Assembly (NCBI RefSeq): GCF_009914755.1
Contig: NC_060932.1
DNA length: 64,000 bases
Reading direction: 5' to 3' (one strand)
Source: the human T2T-CHM13v2.0 reference genome, Homo sapiens
The notes beneath the pieces were generated by a model that worked only from the letters and a program-made list of their open reading frames with translations, was not told where the DNA came from and made no database searches. The position numbers were made by a program, and so were the translations under genes. Below are positions 46,164 through 58,515 of this stretch, in pieces; position 1 is the first letter of the stretch; every line of letters starts with the position of its first letter.

Positions 46164-46545
46164 CTGTGGCTGGGATAAACTTATCATAGTTCTCATAGAC
46201 CAGGGTTTGCATCGCTGTCTAGAGCCCAGATCTGCTGCACCATGTCCGTCTCACTGTCCATCAGCTGGGCCAGAGGGCACTCTCTAGGCAGCTTGTCTAG
46301 GTAAACTTCTGGGTTGAACTGCGCCCCGTTCAGATCAGTGGGGTCCAGGGGGTCTGGACCCGCGGGGTGTCCCACCGCCTCCCCTTCCGAGAGGCCACTG
46401 TAAAGCTTTAGCATCCTGTGCGCCTTCCACCGACACTCCGTGAGCCTCCCACTCGGGCCCTTCTGGGAAGTCCCCAGGTCCACAGCCCGGGCTAGGCCCA
46501 GTGACAGCTGCCGCCGCCATAGGTCCAACTGCAGCCCACGGGCGT
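46164..46545 (-). pseudogene. VPS51: VPS51 processed pseudogene, 5' fragment (~codons 1-119)
   Basis: [26 protein letters not shown] / [73 protein letters not shown] / [16 protein letters not shown] matches the recalled VPS51 N-terminus; intronless with two frameshifts; ATG at 46520. Confidence 0.93.
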
Positions 46546-47216
46546 AATTTTTATATTTTTAAGTTGGCTACATGGAGCTACTTGGCTTTTGCTTTCATCA
46601 CACCGTTGAGGAAAGAGGTGGTTGCTTATGGTACCCCTGTTTTTACTGCAACCTGTAATGGATGAGAACCTCCCTGTTGCAGAGAGCAAAACACTGAACT
46701 AAATTGTGCTGTAACACAGCTCTGTGTTGGCGGATTGGGAGTGATCATGCAAATGCTTGCAAATTTGCACAGTGACAGACACAATCTTTTGGGCAGCTGT
46801 TCACTATAGGAAAAGGCAATTGACTAAAAGTCAGTTACTGAGCTATCTCAATACTTTCATTTCATTTTAACTTTTGCAGTAGGGTGCAATTAAAGGAGAG
46901 AAAGAAAACAAAGTGATAAGTGTAAGATAATGTACACACATGTGTAAAAGAAAATGACAAGACAGGATGACTATTTGTCTCTTGGTTAGCTCCTTGGGCT
47001 CCATGTCTCCTTCCTCAGAGAACCTCGTTTTCCTTTGTCCAGATTTGTTAGGGTGGATAATCCAGGGGCCTGCTCCCCCATGATAGAAGCCAAAGACGTC
47101 CCTGCAGGCGCCTCCCGCTGCATCCTTTTCTGCACTGCCCACATGGACACAACTCAGCCGATTAGACTTGTTCTCAGAACTTTAGTCTTGAGCAAAGAGA
47201 TTAAAGGGTGAAGTGA

Positions 47217-47607
<391 letters not shown>

Positions 47608-48540
47608 TTCAAAAAGTTTTAAGCAAAGCTCAGAGGTCTTAACCACAGGCACATCGGAGGATCATTTTTGAAACACTTTCCAGCTTCCTCAATAGGAATG
47701 GAAACCAAACTCCGAATTGATGACTCCTTTGAGGAAGTCGAGAGCTGTAAGGAAAGCCAGTAACAGGGGCAAGGGAGAGATGCGTCCCGAATGATCCTGT
47801 GCCAATTCTTTCTGGAATCCTTGATGTGATCTCAGCTGCCCTTTCTATACATGACACAGTGATTCTGGCACCCACTGGTCTAGCTGTGGTCTCCAAGGAA
47901 CCCCCAAAGGGAAGGGCTCAGGGAGCAGGGGCATCAGCCTGAGTGACAAGGATTTGAGAGGGCAGGTTGGATGCAGGGAGAGGACTGGCCAAATGCCATG
48001 TGTCTGGACTTAGACTGCCTGGTTCAAATTGGACTTCGCCCTTTTTGACTTCGTGATCTGGTACAAGCTACATGAAAATCCGTTGCGCCTTTTCTAGTCT
48101 GTAAAATCATCCTGAAATGTGCACTAATAACGTGGAGACTATGCAGATGAAATGAAACAAGCTGCATAGAGCACAGAGCTCAGAGTCTGGCCTTTATGAA
48201 GCCCTCAGTAAGGGTTCATGATGCCATGGTGTCTGTCGTCATCCTCTTTATCCTCATCATCACCTTCATAATCTCTTTGTTGTTCTTAGGGAATAGTTTA
48301 GAGGGACTGATTCCCTGCTATCATGGGTGAGATGTCTATGAAAAGGACAACCAGTGGGGGAGGAAAGCAAAATTTTGAATAAGATTTCTGAGACTCCCAC
48401 CACAACCAAGAACAGAAACGCCACAGTCTGCTGAGCAGAGAGTTGCATATTGGTCTCATCCCATCCACCCATCACACTCTCCTGTTTGTCCTGAGGATGA
48501 GGAAACAAACAAGGCTCCCGACCATCCCTCAGTATTCACT

Positions 48541-49566
48541 TGAAGGGGTGACCTGCCCCTCCACACCTATGGGTATTTCTAGTCATGTGGGACGAGAGAC
48601 TGAGAAAAGAAATAAGACACAGAGACAAAGTACAGAGAAACAACAGTGAGCCCAGGGGACTGGCGCTCAGCATACCAAGGAACTGCACTGGCACTTGCCT
48701 CTGAGTTCCCTCATTTTTATTGATTATTATTTTTATTATTTTAGCAAAAAGGAATGTAGTAGGAGGGCAGGGTGATAATAAGGAGGTCAGCAACGAGCAT
48801 GAGAACAATAGAATCTATGTCATAATGAAGTTCACGGGAAGGTACTATGACTGGACGTGTACGTAAGCCAGATTTATGTTTCTCTCCACCCAAACATCTC
48901 AGTGGAGTAAAGAATAAAAAGGCAGCATTGCTGCAAACACGTCTCGCCTCTCACCATAGGGCGGTTTTTCTCCCATCTCAGAACTGAACAAATGTACAAT
49001 CAGGTTTTATATCGAGACATTCAGTTCCCAGCGGCAGGCAGGAGACAGCGGCCTTCCTCTCTCTCAACTGCAAGAGTCTTTCCTCTTTGACTAATCCACC
49101 TCTGCACAGACCATTTACGGGGGTCAGGCTGGAGGACAGTCATTTCTTTCTCCTCCCATGAGGCCACTTATCAGACTATCACATGGGGAGAAACCTTGGA
49201 CAATAAGCTGCTTTCAAGGGCAGAGGTCCCTGCGACTTTCCACAGTGTATCTTGCCCCTGGTTTATTGAGACTACAGAATGGCGATGACTTTTACCAAGT
49301 ATACTGCTTGGAAACATCTTGTTAACAAGGCACGTCCTGCACAGCCCTAGATCCCTTAAACCTTGATTTCATACAACACATGCTTTTGTGAGCTTCAGGT
49401 TGGGTCAAAGTGGTTGGTTCAAAGTGACTGGGGCAAAGCTACAGATTAACAACATCTCAGCAAAGCAATTGTTGAAAGTACAGGTCTTTCTCAAAATGGA
49501 GTCTCTTATGTCTTTCCTTTCTCCATAGACACAGTAAGTGTCTGATCTCACTTTCTTTTGCCTACA
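48541..49566 (-). mobile_element. Solo HERV-K(HML-2) LTR5 (LTR5A-like by length and divergence)
   Basis: Minus strand starts TGTAGGCAAAAGAAAGTGAGATCAGAC...GAGACTCCATTTTG and ends GTGTGGAGGGGCAGGTCACCCCTTCA; 6-bp TSD TTCACT (48535-48540, 49567-49572). Confidence 0.93.
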
Positions 49567-50009
49567 TTCACTGAACTGCCCTTCCCCTCTGCTGGGCCAT
49601 GACCACGGAGAACAGGTCCACTGTCCTCCCTGCGTGGTGCACATTGGAGGCTCACACTCCGTCCTCAAGGCTGGCAAGAAGACAGGGTGAGACATCAGTC
49701 CCTTGATACAGGTGACAGGAGTGGAGCCCACAGGACTGCAACCTCACACTGCAGGGCTGGAGGGACAGACTATTTACTATTCTGTGGCCTGGGAGGCTCA
49801 AGGCACAGAGCTCCTCATTAGCCAAAGTCGCCCAAGTTCCCCAACCTCTAAGGATTTCCTCATAATATTGCAAGAAGAAGAAGAGAAAAGTGAGTGTCCA
49901 TAGAAGCTTTGGGGCTCTTCCTCTAATCAGGAGAAAGCTGGTGTGTATTCTTCGCTTCTTTCTTTTCTTTTTAAACATCCAACTGCTTCAATTTTTGTCT
50001 TTTATTATG

Positions 50010-52045
50010 GGAAAATATACCACGTATAAATATTAAAAATTATATATACATATTATTTCATAGAGAAAGGCCAGTATAAACATTTACAATTTCCACTCTT
50101 TTTCAGTTAACAGTTTAACCACATTAAGTACGTTCACATTGTTTAGCAACCATCACCGCCATCGTCTCCGGAACAGTTTTATCTTTCAAAATGGAAATTC
50201 CACCCATTCACCAAGCTCTCCATTCCTCTCTCTCGCCCGCCCCTGGAGGCCACTTTTCTAGTTTGCAAATCTATGAGTTTAGCTACTCTAGACACTTGAT
50301 AGATAAGTGGAATCATACCGTGTTTAATTTTTTTGTTTTGCAGACATAGTCTTTCTCTGTCGCCCAGGCTGGAGTGCAGTGGCGTGGTCTGGGCTGACTG
50401 CAACCTCCACATCGGGGATTCAAGCGATTCTTGTGTCTCTGTCTCCCGAGTAGCTGGGATTACAGGTGTGCGCCACCACGCCCAGCTAATTTTTGTATTT
50501 TTAATAGAGATGAGCTTTCACCATATTGGCCAGGCGGGTCTCGAACTCCTGACCTTAAGTGATCTGCCTGGCTCAGCCTCCCTAAGTGCTGGGGTTACAG
50601 GTGTGAGCCACTGAGCCTGGGCCTGTTTATCCTTTTGGGATTTATTTATTTCACTGACGATAATGTCTTCAAGGTTCATCCATGTTGCAGCCTGCGTCAG
50701 AAGTGCCTGTCTGTTTTTTGTTGTTGTTGTTTTTTGTTTGTTCGTTTGACTTTGTTTTGTTTTGTGTTTCCATGGAGTCTCACTCTGTCTCACAGTCTGG
50801 AGTGCAGTGGCACAATCTGGGCCCACTGCAACCTCCGCTTCCTGGGTTCCAGCGATTCTTGTGCCTCAGCCTCCCGAGTAGCTGGGACTATAGGCACAGG
50901 CCACCATGCTCACCTAATTTTTTGCATTTTCAGTAGAGACAGGGTTTCACCAAGATGGCCAGGCTGGTCTTGAATTCCTGACCTCAGTTGATCTGCCCAC
51001 CTCGGTCCTCCAAGACGCTGCGATTACAGGTGTGAGCCACTGCACCGGCCAGAAGTGCCTGTCTTGTGAAGGCTGAATAGTCTTCCATTGTATGAAGGAA
51101 CTGCAGTGTGCTTTTTCATTCATCTGTCCACGAACCCTTGGGTTGCTTCCACATTTTGGCTCTTGTGAATAATGCTGCTATGAATATGGGTGTACACAAA
51201 TCTGTCTTCCACTCCTGGCTTCTAATTCTTTTTGGTAGGTACCCACAAATGCAACTGCGGGAACATCTGATCATACTGTTTCTAATTTTTCCAGTAGACG
51301 CCATACTATTTTCCCCGTTCCTTCACGGTTTCACATTCCCTCTGATCATATGCGAGCATTCCTATTTCCCTCTAGTCTCACCAATGCCTGTTTGTTTATC
51401 ATATCCATCCTAATGTGTGGTGTCACATTCTTGGTTTGATTTGCGCTTCCCTATGATGAGTGACTTTGAACATCATTTTAGATGCTTATTGGCCATTGCA
51501 ATATCTTCTTTAGGGACACGTCTACTCAAGTCTTCTGACCATTGTTGATGGGATGCTTTGGGTTTCTTGTTGTTTAGTTCTAGCTGCTCTTTATATACGA
51601 TGGCTATCAGCCTCTTTTCAGATATATGCTTAGCAAATATTTTTCCTAATCCATGGGTTAACTTTTCACTCAGTTCGCAGTGTTTTTTCCTGCACAAAAG
51701 TGTCTGTCATTTAGATGTAATCCAAGGAATCTAATTTTCTTTTGTTGCCTATGCTTTTGGTGTCATATCCCAGAGAACATTGCCCAATCTGATGTCATGA
51801 AAGCGTGGCCAATGTTTTCTTTTAGGCGTATGATACGTTTAGTGCTTGGGGTGAGGTCTTTGATCCAGTTTGTGTTAATTTTTGCACCTGGTGTGACATA
51901 TGGTCCACCTTCATTCTTCTGCATGTGGAAATCAAGTTTCTCCAACACCATTTCTTGAAAAGGCTGCTTTTCCACCAATGAGCTTTCTTAGCACTCATGT
52001 GAAAAATCATTTGAACATATAGGTGAGAAGTTATTTCTGGGCTCC
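50010..52045 (-). mobile_element. Old L1 (L1M) 3' portion interrupted by two Alus (~50325-50622, ~50715-51050)
   Basis: Minus-strand translations [32 protein letters not shown] and KEDIAMANKHLK resemble the L1 ORF2 C-terminus. Confidence 0.88.
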
Positions 52046-52086
52046 AAAGCAAACAAACAACAGACAACAGATAAGGATACAGCATG

Positions 52087-52148
52087 GGCCGGGCGCGGTC
52101 GCTCAGGCTTGTAATCCTAGCACTTTGGGAGGCCGAAGCGGGCGGATG
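52087..52148 (+). mobile_element. Alu 5' stub (~60 nt)
   Basis: GGCCGGGCGCGGTCGCTCAGGCTTGTAATCCTAGCACTTTGGGAGGCCGAAGCGGGCGGAT followed by unrelated sequence. Confidence 0.85.
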
Positions 52149-52424
52149 ATTTCAAGAGCAGAAAGAGAAGAGCTTAAAAACCAGCATAATGAGAAAGTTA
52201 GGAAGCTTCTTACCAAAGCATCTGGAAATATGCAAGCAATTCTTGTGAACTAAAATTTTCATACTGTACTATCAAACATTAGCACTCACTTATTCCATCT
52301 TTCCGTATTTTGGGACCCAATTATCCACTTGTCTTCATTTCCTATCCCACCCCTTTTCTTCCTAGCGTCTGCTAAACACCTTTATACTCTCCACCTTCCT
52401 GAGATTCCTTTTGTGTGTAGGTGT

Positions 52425-52711
52425 GTCTGGGATAGAGTCTCTTTTTGTTGCCCAGGTTGGAGTATACAGGCACAATATGGGCTCACTGCAAGCTCTGCCT
52501 CCCGAGTTCAAGCGCTTCTTGGGCCTCAGCCCTCCGAGTAGCTGAGACTACAGACACAAATCACCATGCCTGGCTCATTGTTTGTGATTTCCGTAGAGAC
52601 GGAGTTTCACCATGTTGGCCAGGTGGGTTTTGAACTCCTGGACTCAAGTGATCCGTGCGACTCGGCCTCCCAGACAGCTGGGATTACAGGCCTGAGCCAC
52701 CACACCTGGCC
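52425..52711 (-). mobile_element. Alu
   Basis: Diverged antisense Alu. Confidence 0.85.
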
Positions 52712-53080
52712 AAGGTTTCCTTTTTTCTTCCTACATAGAAGTGAGGACGTGAAATATTTGTCATTCTGTGCCTGGCTTATTTCATTTAATATAAAGACCT
52801 GGAATCTCATCCATTTTGTCTGCAGCGGAGAGAAGTTTCTTCCTTTTTAGGCTGACTAATACTTCATTGGGTGTATATACCACAGTTTCTTCATTGAAAC
52901 TAATTTCTGAAGAGCAAATATTTTAAAAATGTCTCGGAATGTGAAACTTCAGGGATACTGTGCCCATTTTATTCTTTTCTATTTCCCATCTTATGTATAC
53001 GCAAGTGTATAACAAAGCAGCAATCAATGTGTGTATAAATCTATAACTTCAACAAATGTAAAATGTAAATGCTAAGTGGT

Positions 53081-53489
<409 letters not shown>

Positions 53490-54248
53490 TCATATTACAA
53501 TTAATTTCTGTTCTTACTCATTGGAGCTTGATGCCTCTAAAAACTTCGTCATTGGAACCACCTCTGGTGCTTTAAAAGAAAAAAAAAAATCCACACACTC
53601 ACACAGGTGCAAGGAAATCAGAATCTCACGTATTGAGACCCAGGTCTCATCATTTCTAAGCTCCCCAGGTGATTTAACTCAAAGCCAAGATTGAGGAACG
53701 GCGACATGGATTTCTACACAGAACCTACCTATATAGATTCTCTAGAAGCAGTTTATAAAGAAATTCCACATGAACTGTGGAAGAGGATATGAATTTGATG
53801 TACAGTATGTCCTCAACATCTTTGAAAGTCTCTTGGAAACCTCACCTTTAGGCAAAATTATGTACAGTGAAGCCACTTATTTTTCTTCAACAGTATAACT
53901 ACACAACTTTGAACAACCAATGCTGTTGGAGGACCCCCTGTACATTGTTTCCATAAAGTCAGTGTTCAGGGAATTCCAAAACGAAGTGAGGACTTCCTGT
54001 ATATAAAAAGATGGTTGTGATTCCACCTGGATGACAGTGTTATTGCGCAGAAACTAAAGGAGGCTGCCTAGATATAGAGGATTCAGTCATGAGGTTTCTG
54101 CTCAACAAAGGATCCCAGAATCCTCACCCATTGCAGTTAAAGACATAACAAAGAAAGCAATATTCGCATAGGAAATGCGGAAAGGAATAAAAGCCATCAA
54201 GCCACAAAAATAATGTGACTAAGGGGCAGGATTTGCAGATGCAGAGAT

Positions 54249-55241
54249 TTAATGTGGTTGCCCTTTCTCACGCACACAAGAAAAAGGATGGAACAGATCA
54301 TGAGATTCGACTGTTCTGCTGCGCAGCCTCCGCAGGGCACTTTGTATGTCCCTGTTTCTCAGGCTGTAGATGAAAAGGGTCAGCATGGGGGTGACCACAG
54401 CCTACATCACTGATGCCACCACACCATTCCTGGGGGGTGGTGACACGGCTGAAGCCAGGTACATGCCAATGACTGTTCCATAAAACCAGCAAACAACTGC
54501 TAGGTGAGAGCCATAGGTGGAGAAGGCTTTATACTTCCCATCTGACGATGACATCCTTAGAATGGAGGAGACAATTTTATAGTAAGACAAAAGGATCCCT
54601 GAAATGGGAAGAAAACCAAACATAGTACTATCGAAATATATGAATATGCTATTGATGACGCTGTCAGAACAGGCAAGGTTGAGAAGCTGAGAGGGGTCAC
54701 AGAAAAAATTAGAGATTTCCACATTCTTGATGATGGTGAATTGTAACACAATCCAACTGTGCAGCTGGGAATCCAACAGGTTAAGGAAAAAGGACACCAA
54801 AACGAAGAAGACACAGAGGTGAGGATTCACTATGACTGGGTAGTGCAGAGGGCGACAGATGGCTACAAAGCAGCCATAGGCCATCACAGTCAGGAGCATG
54901 CCTTCTATACATGCAGAAAGGACCAAGAAAGACATCTGTGTCAGGCAGCCCACATGAGAGATGACTCTGCTATGCGACTGCATATCCAGAATCACCTTGG
55001 GAACCGTGGCCGAGGTGAGACCGATGTCAGCCCAGCACAGGTTGGAGAGGAAGAAGTACATGGGGGTGTGGAGGGGGGAGTCAGAGCTGACAGCCAGGAT
55101 GCTGAGCAGGTTCCTCAGCACCGTGACCAGATTCAGGGACAGGGACAGGGACAGCAAAGCGAGGACCGACTGCAGTTCTGGATCCTCTGAGAGTCCCAGG
55201 AGGAGGAATTCTCAGACACCTGTGAGATTCCGTGGCTCTGT
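54249..55241 (-). pseudogene. OR7E: Olfactory receptor family 7 subfamily E pseudogene
   Basis: TEPRNLTGV*EFLLLGLSEDPELQ...LHTPMYFFLSNL...MAYGCFVAICRPLHY...KAFSTYGSHL...VM*AVVTPML. Start codon is ACA rather than ATG, TGA at 55212-55214, TAG at 54402-54404, MAYDR motif degraded. The specific member cannot be assigned. Confidence 0.95.
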
Positions 55242-55888
55242 GTGTCTTGGACACCTTGAGAAGGAAAGAGGATTGGAAAAATAAAAGATAAAAACCAGCC
55301 CTTAATGCTGGATGCAAGCAATTTACAAGGAACATCTTCACACTTCCGGACCATACATCGCCAGCAATGTTTCTCAGTTGTGACAATTCCAAAAATCTCA
55401 GAATTATTACGTGATTTGCTTTTTTGCTATACAAGGCTTTCTGTACATACTACTTTAGAGAAAATCCACGGAAGAATATTAGAAGACCAAAACGTTATAT
55501 ATAACAAATCCCTGATCTCAGTAAAATACAGCCTACTCTTTTCAGGAAAAATATAATGCAATGAAAATGTCCTTCTCTCTTTTAGAAAAAGATCTCAGTC
55601 TAATTGAAAGAAATTAAGAAGCCGTGAAATACACTCTACTTTATTCTGACACCGTGCTACAACTTCCATTGATGTAGAATATGTAAAAGGACGAAGCAAG
55701 AGCTAGGACCCCATTATCTGAAAACGAAATCGAACCTTAGAGTTCTCAATCGGAAGACCTTTTCACATGCCTGTTACTTTTCATATTTATTATCATCCTT
55801 TGGTTTTCTGACATCATTTCTTCATAAAAGTACATGCACACTCAAAAATGGGAGCTGTGTTTCCAAATGAATTGAATATATAACTCTT

Positions 55889-56058
55889 GGCCCAGCACCA
55901 TGGCCCACACCTGTAATCCCAGCACTTTGGGCAGCCGAGGCTGATGGATCACCTGAGGTCAGGAGTTCCAGACCAGCCTGGCCAACGTGGTGAAACCCCG
56001 TCTCCAGTGAAAATAAAAAAAAATTTAGCTGGGCGTGGTGGCGGGTAACCCTAGCTAT
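55889..56058 (+). mobile_element. Alu truncated at the satellite boundary
   Basis: Left monomer plus the start of the right monomer, then satellite begins at about 56065. Confidence 0.88.
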
Positions 56059-56064
56059 GACAGC

Positions 56065-58515
56065 AGAGTGGGTGTACACCCTGATATTATTTGTAATATC
56101 CTAGAAAGATATTGCTCCTAATATCACGGTGTCTCTACACCCTGTGATATTAATTGTAATATCCTACAGAGATATTACTCCTAATAATACAGTGGGTGTA
56201 CAACCTGTGATATTATTCATAATACATTACAGAGATACAACTCCTGATATCACAGTGAGTGTACACCATGTATGTACACCCTGTGATCTTATTTGTAACA
56301 ACTTAGAAAAATATTACAGCTAATATCAAAGTGGGTGTACACCCTGCGATGTTATTTGTATCTACTAGGTAGATATTACTCCTAATATCACAGGGAGTGT
56401 ACACCATGTGTGTACAGACTGTGAAATTATTCGTAATACCCTAGGAAGATATTACTCCTCATATCACAGTGGGTGTACACTGTGAGTGATATTTTTTTCT
56501 AATATCCAGCGGGGAAGAGGATGATATTGCTTCCAATATCACAGAAGATGTACACCCCCCTGCGATATTGTTCTTAATATACAGGGAAGGAGAGGATTAC
56601 ATTATTCGCAATATCACTGGGGGTGTACCACCTCCCGCCGGGATATTGTTCTTAATATCCGGAGGTGGAGAGAATGATGTTACTCCCAATATCACAGGGG
56701 GTGTACACCACCCCTGTTTGTAAACACCCCTTGTGATATTGTTCCAAATGGCCTGTGAAAGAGTACACATGACTCCCATTATAGCGGGGGGTGTTCAGCC
56801 CTGATGATATTGTTTTCTAACATCCAGGGAAGGAGAGTATGCTATTACTTCCAATATCGCATGGGTTGTACACCCTTTTGTGTTTTTGTGCCCAATATCC
56901 AGGAAAATAGAGGATGATATTACTCCCAATATCGAAGTAATTGTACAGCACCCCTGTGATATTCTTCCTAATATCCAGAAAGGAAAAGAATGATATTAAT
57001 CCCAACAGCGTAGGAAACGTATACCCGCGCTGTGGTATCTTTCCCAGTATCCAGGTGGGGAGAGGATCATATTACTTCCAATGTCGCAGGGTGTGTACAG
57101 CCCCTCTGTGATCTCGTTGCCAACATCCAGGTTTGGGGAGGACGACATTACTCCCAATATCGCAGGGGGAGTACACACCCCCATGACCTTGTTAGTCATT
57201 TCCTGGGTGGAGAGGATGATCTTACTCCCAATATCGCAGGGGGTGTACACCCCCCTGTGAAAATCTTCCTATATTCAGAGGGAGAGAGGATGATATTACT
57301 CCCACTACCGCAGGGGGTTTCCACAGCCCTGTGATACTCTTCCTAATATCCACAGGGAGAGAGGATGATATGACTCCCAATATCGCAGGAGGTGTACACA
57401 ACCCTGTGATATTGTTCCTAACATCCAGAGCGAAAGAGGATGCTATGACTCTCAATATCGCAGAGGGTGTACACCCCTCCTGTAATATTGTTCTGAGTAC
57501 CCTGGGAGGGAGAGGACAAGGTTACATTGAATATCGCAGGGAATGTGTACCCTCTCCCTCTGATACCCTTCCTAATGTCCAGGGGAAGAGAGGAAAATTT
57601 CATTCCCAATATCACAGAGGCAGTACACCCCACCTGTGATGTTGTTCCCAATATGCAAGGGGGGAGAGGATGATACTACTCTCAATATCGCAGGGCTGTT
57701 CACATCCCCAGTGACATTTTTTCCTAATATCTAGGGGAGAGACAATTCTATGACAGCAAAGGTCACAGGGTATGTACATCCCTTCCTGATATTGTTCCTA
57801 ATATCTAGGGGGGAAGAGGATAATATCAAATATGAAAGGGGGTGTACATCCCCCCCTACGATATTGTTCTTAATAATCGTGAGGGGAGACGATGATATTA
57901 CTCCAAATATCGCAGGGGTTGTTCACAAACCCCTGTGATATTGTTTCTCATATCCAGAGGGGGAGAAACGCATATTACTTCCAATATTGCAGGTGGTGTA
58001 AACCCCACCTGAAATATGGCACCGAATATCCAAAGAGGGAGAGGATGGTATTCACACCAATATCGAAGTGTGTGTACACGCCCTTTGTGATATGGTTTTT
58101 AATATCCAGGGGGCGGGAGGATGATATTAGTCCCAACATCCCAGAGGGTGTACACTACCCCTGTGATATTGTCCCTAACTTGCAGAGGGGAGAGGATGAT
58201 ATCACTCCCAATATCTCAGAAGTTCTACATCCCCCGTGACGTTGTACTTCATATCCAGGGAGGCGCAGGATGACATTCCATTGAATTTCGCGACAGGCCT
58301 ACACCCACCGTGTGATATTGTTCCTAATATGCATGAAGGGAGAGGATGATATTACTCCCAATAAAGCTGTGGGTGTACATCACCCCTGTGTTATTGTCTC
58401 TAATATCCGGGGCCAGGGGAGGAGGGGAGAGGATAATATTCCCTCAAATTTAGCAGGTGGTTTGACGCTCCTTGTGGTGTTGTTTTAAATATCCAGAGGG
58501 GAAGACAATAGTACT
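56065..58515. repeat. Tandem satellite array (SATR1/SATR2-like); ~62-bp units, then ~75-bp units
   Basis: Consensus approx. GGGTGTACACCCCCTGTGATATTGTTCCTAATATCCAGGGGGAGAGGATGATATTACTCCCAATATCGCAG; period 75 measured (CTGTGAT at 57329 and 57404) and 63 measured (CCTGTGAT at 56141 and 56204). Confidence 0.92.

Noticed and set aside
54402-55157. 251-aa ORF as a functional olfactory receptor
   Set aside because: No ATG at the normal start, upstream TGA, stop before the end of TM7 and a degraded MAYDR motif.
56065-58515. CRISPR-like look of palindromic repeats with spacers
   Set aside because: The spacers are themselves repeated rather than unique, no cas genes are present, and the DNA is human; this is a satellite.
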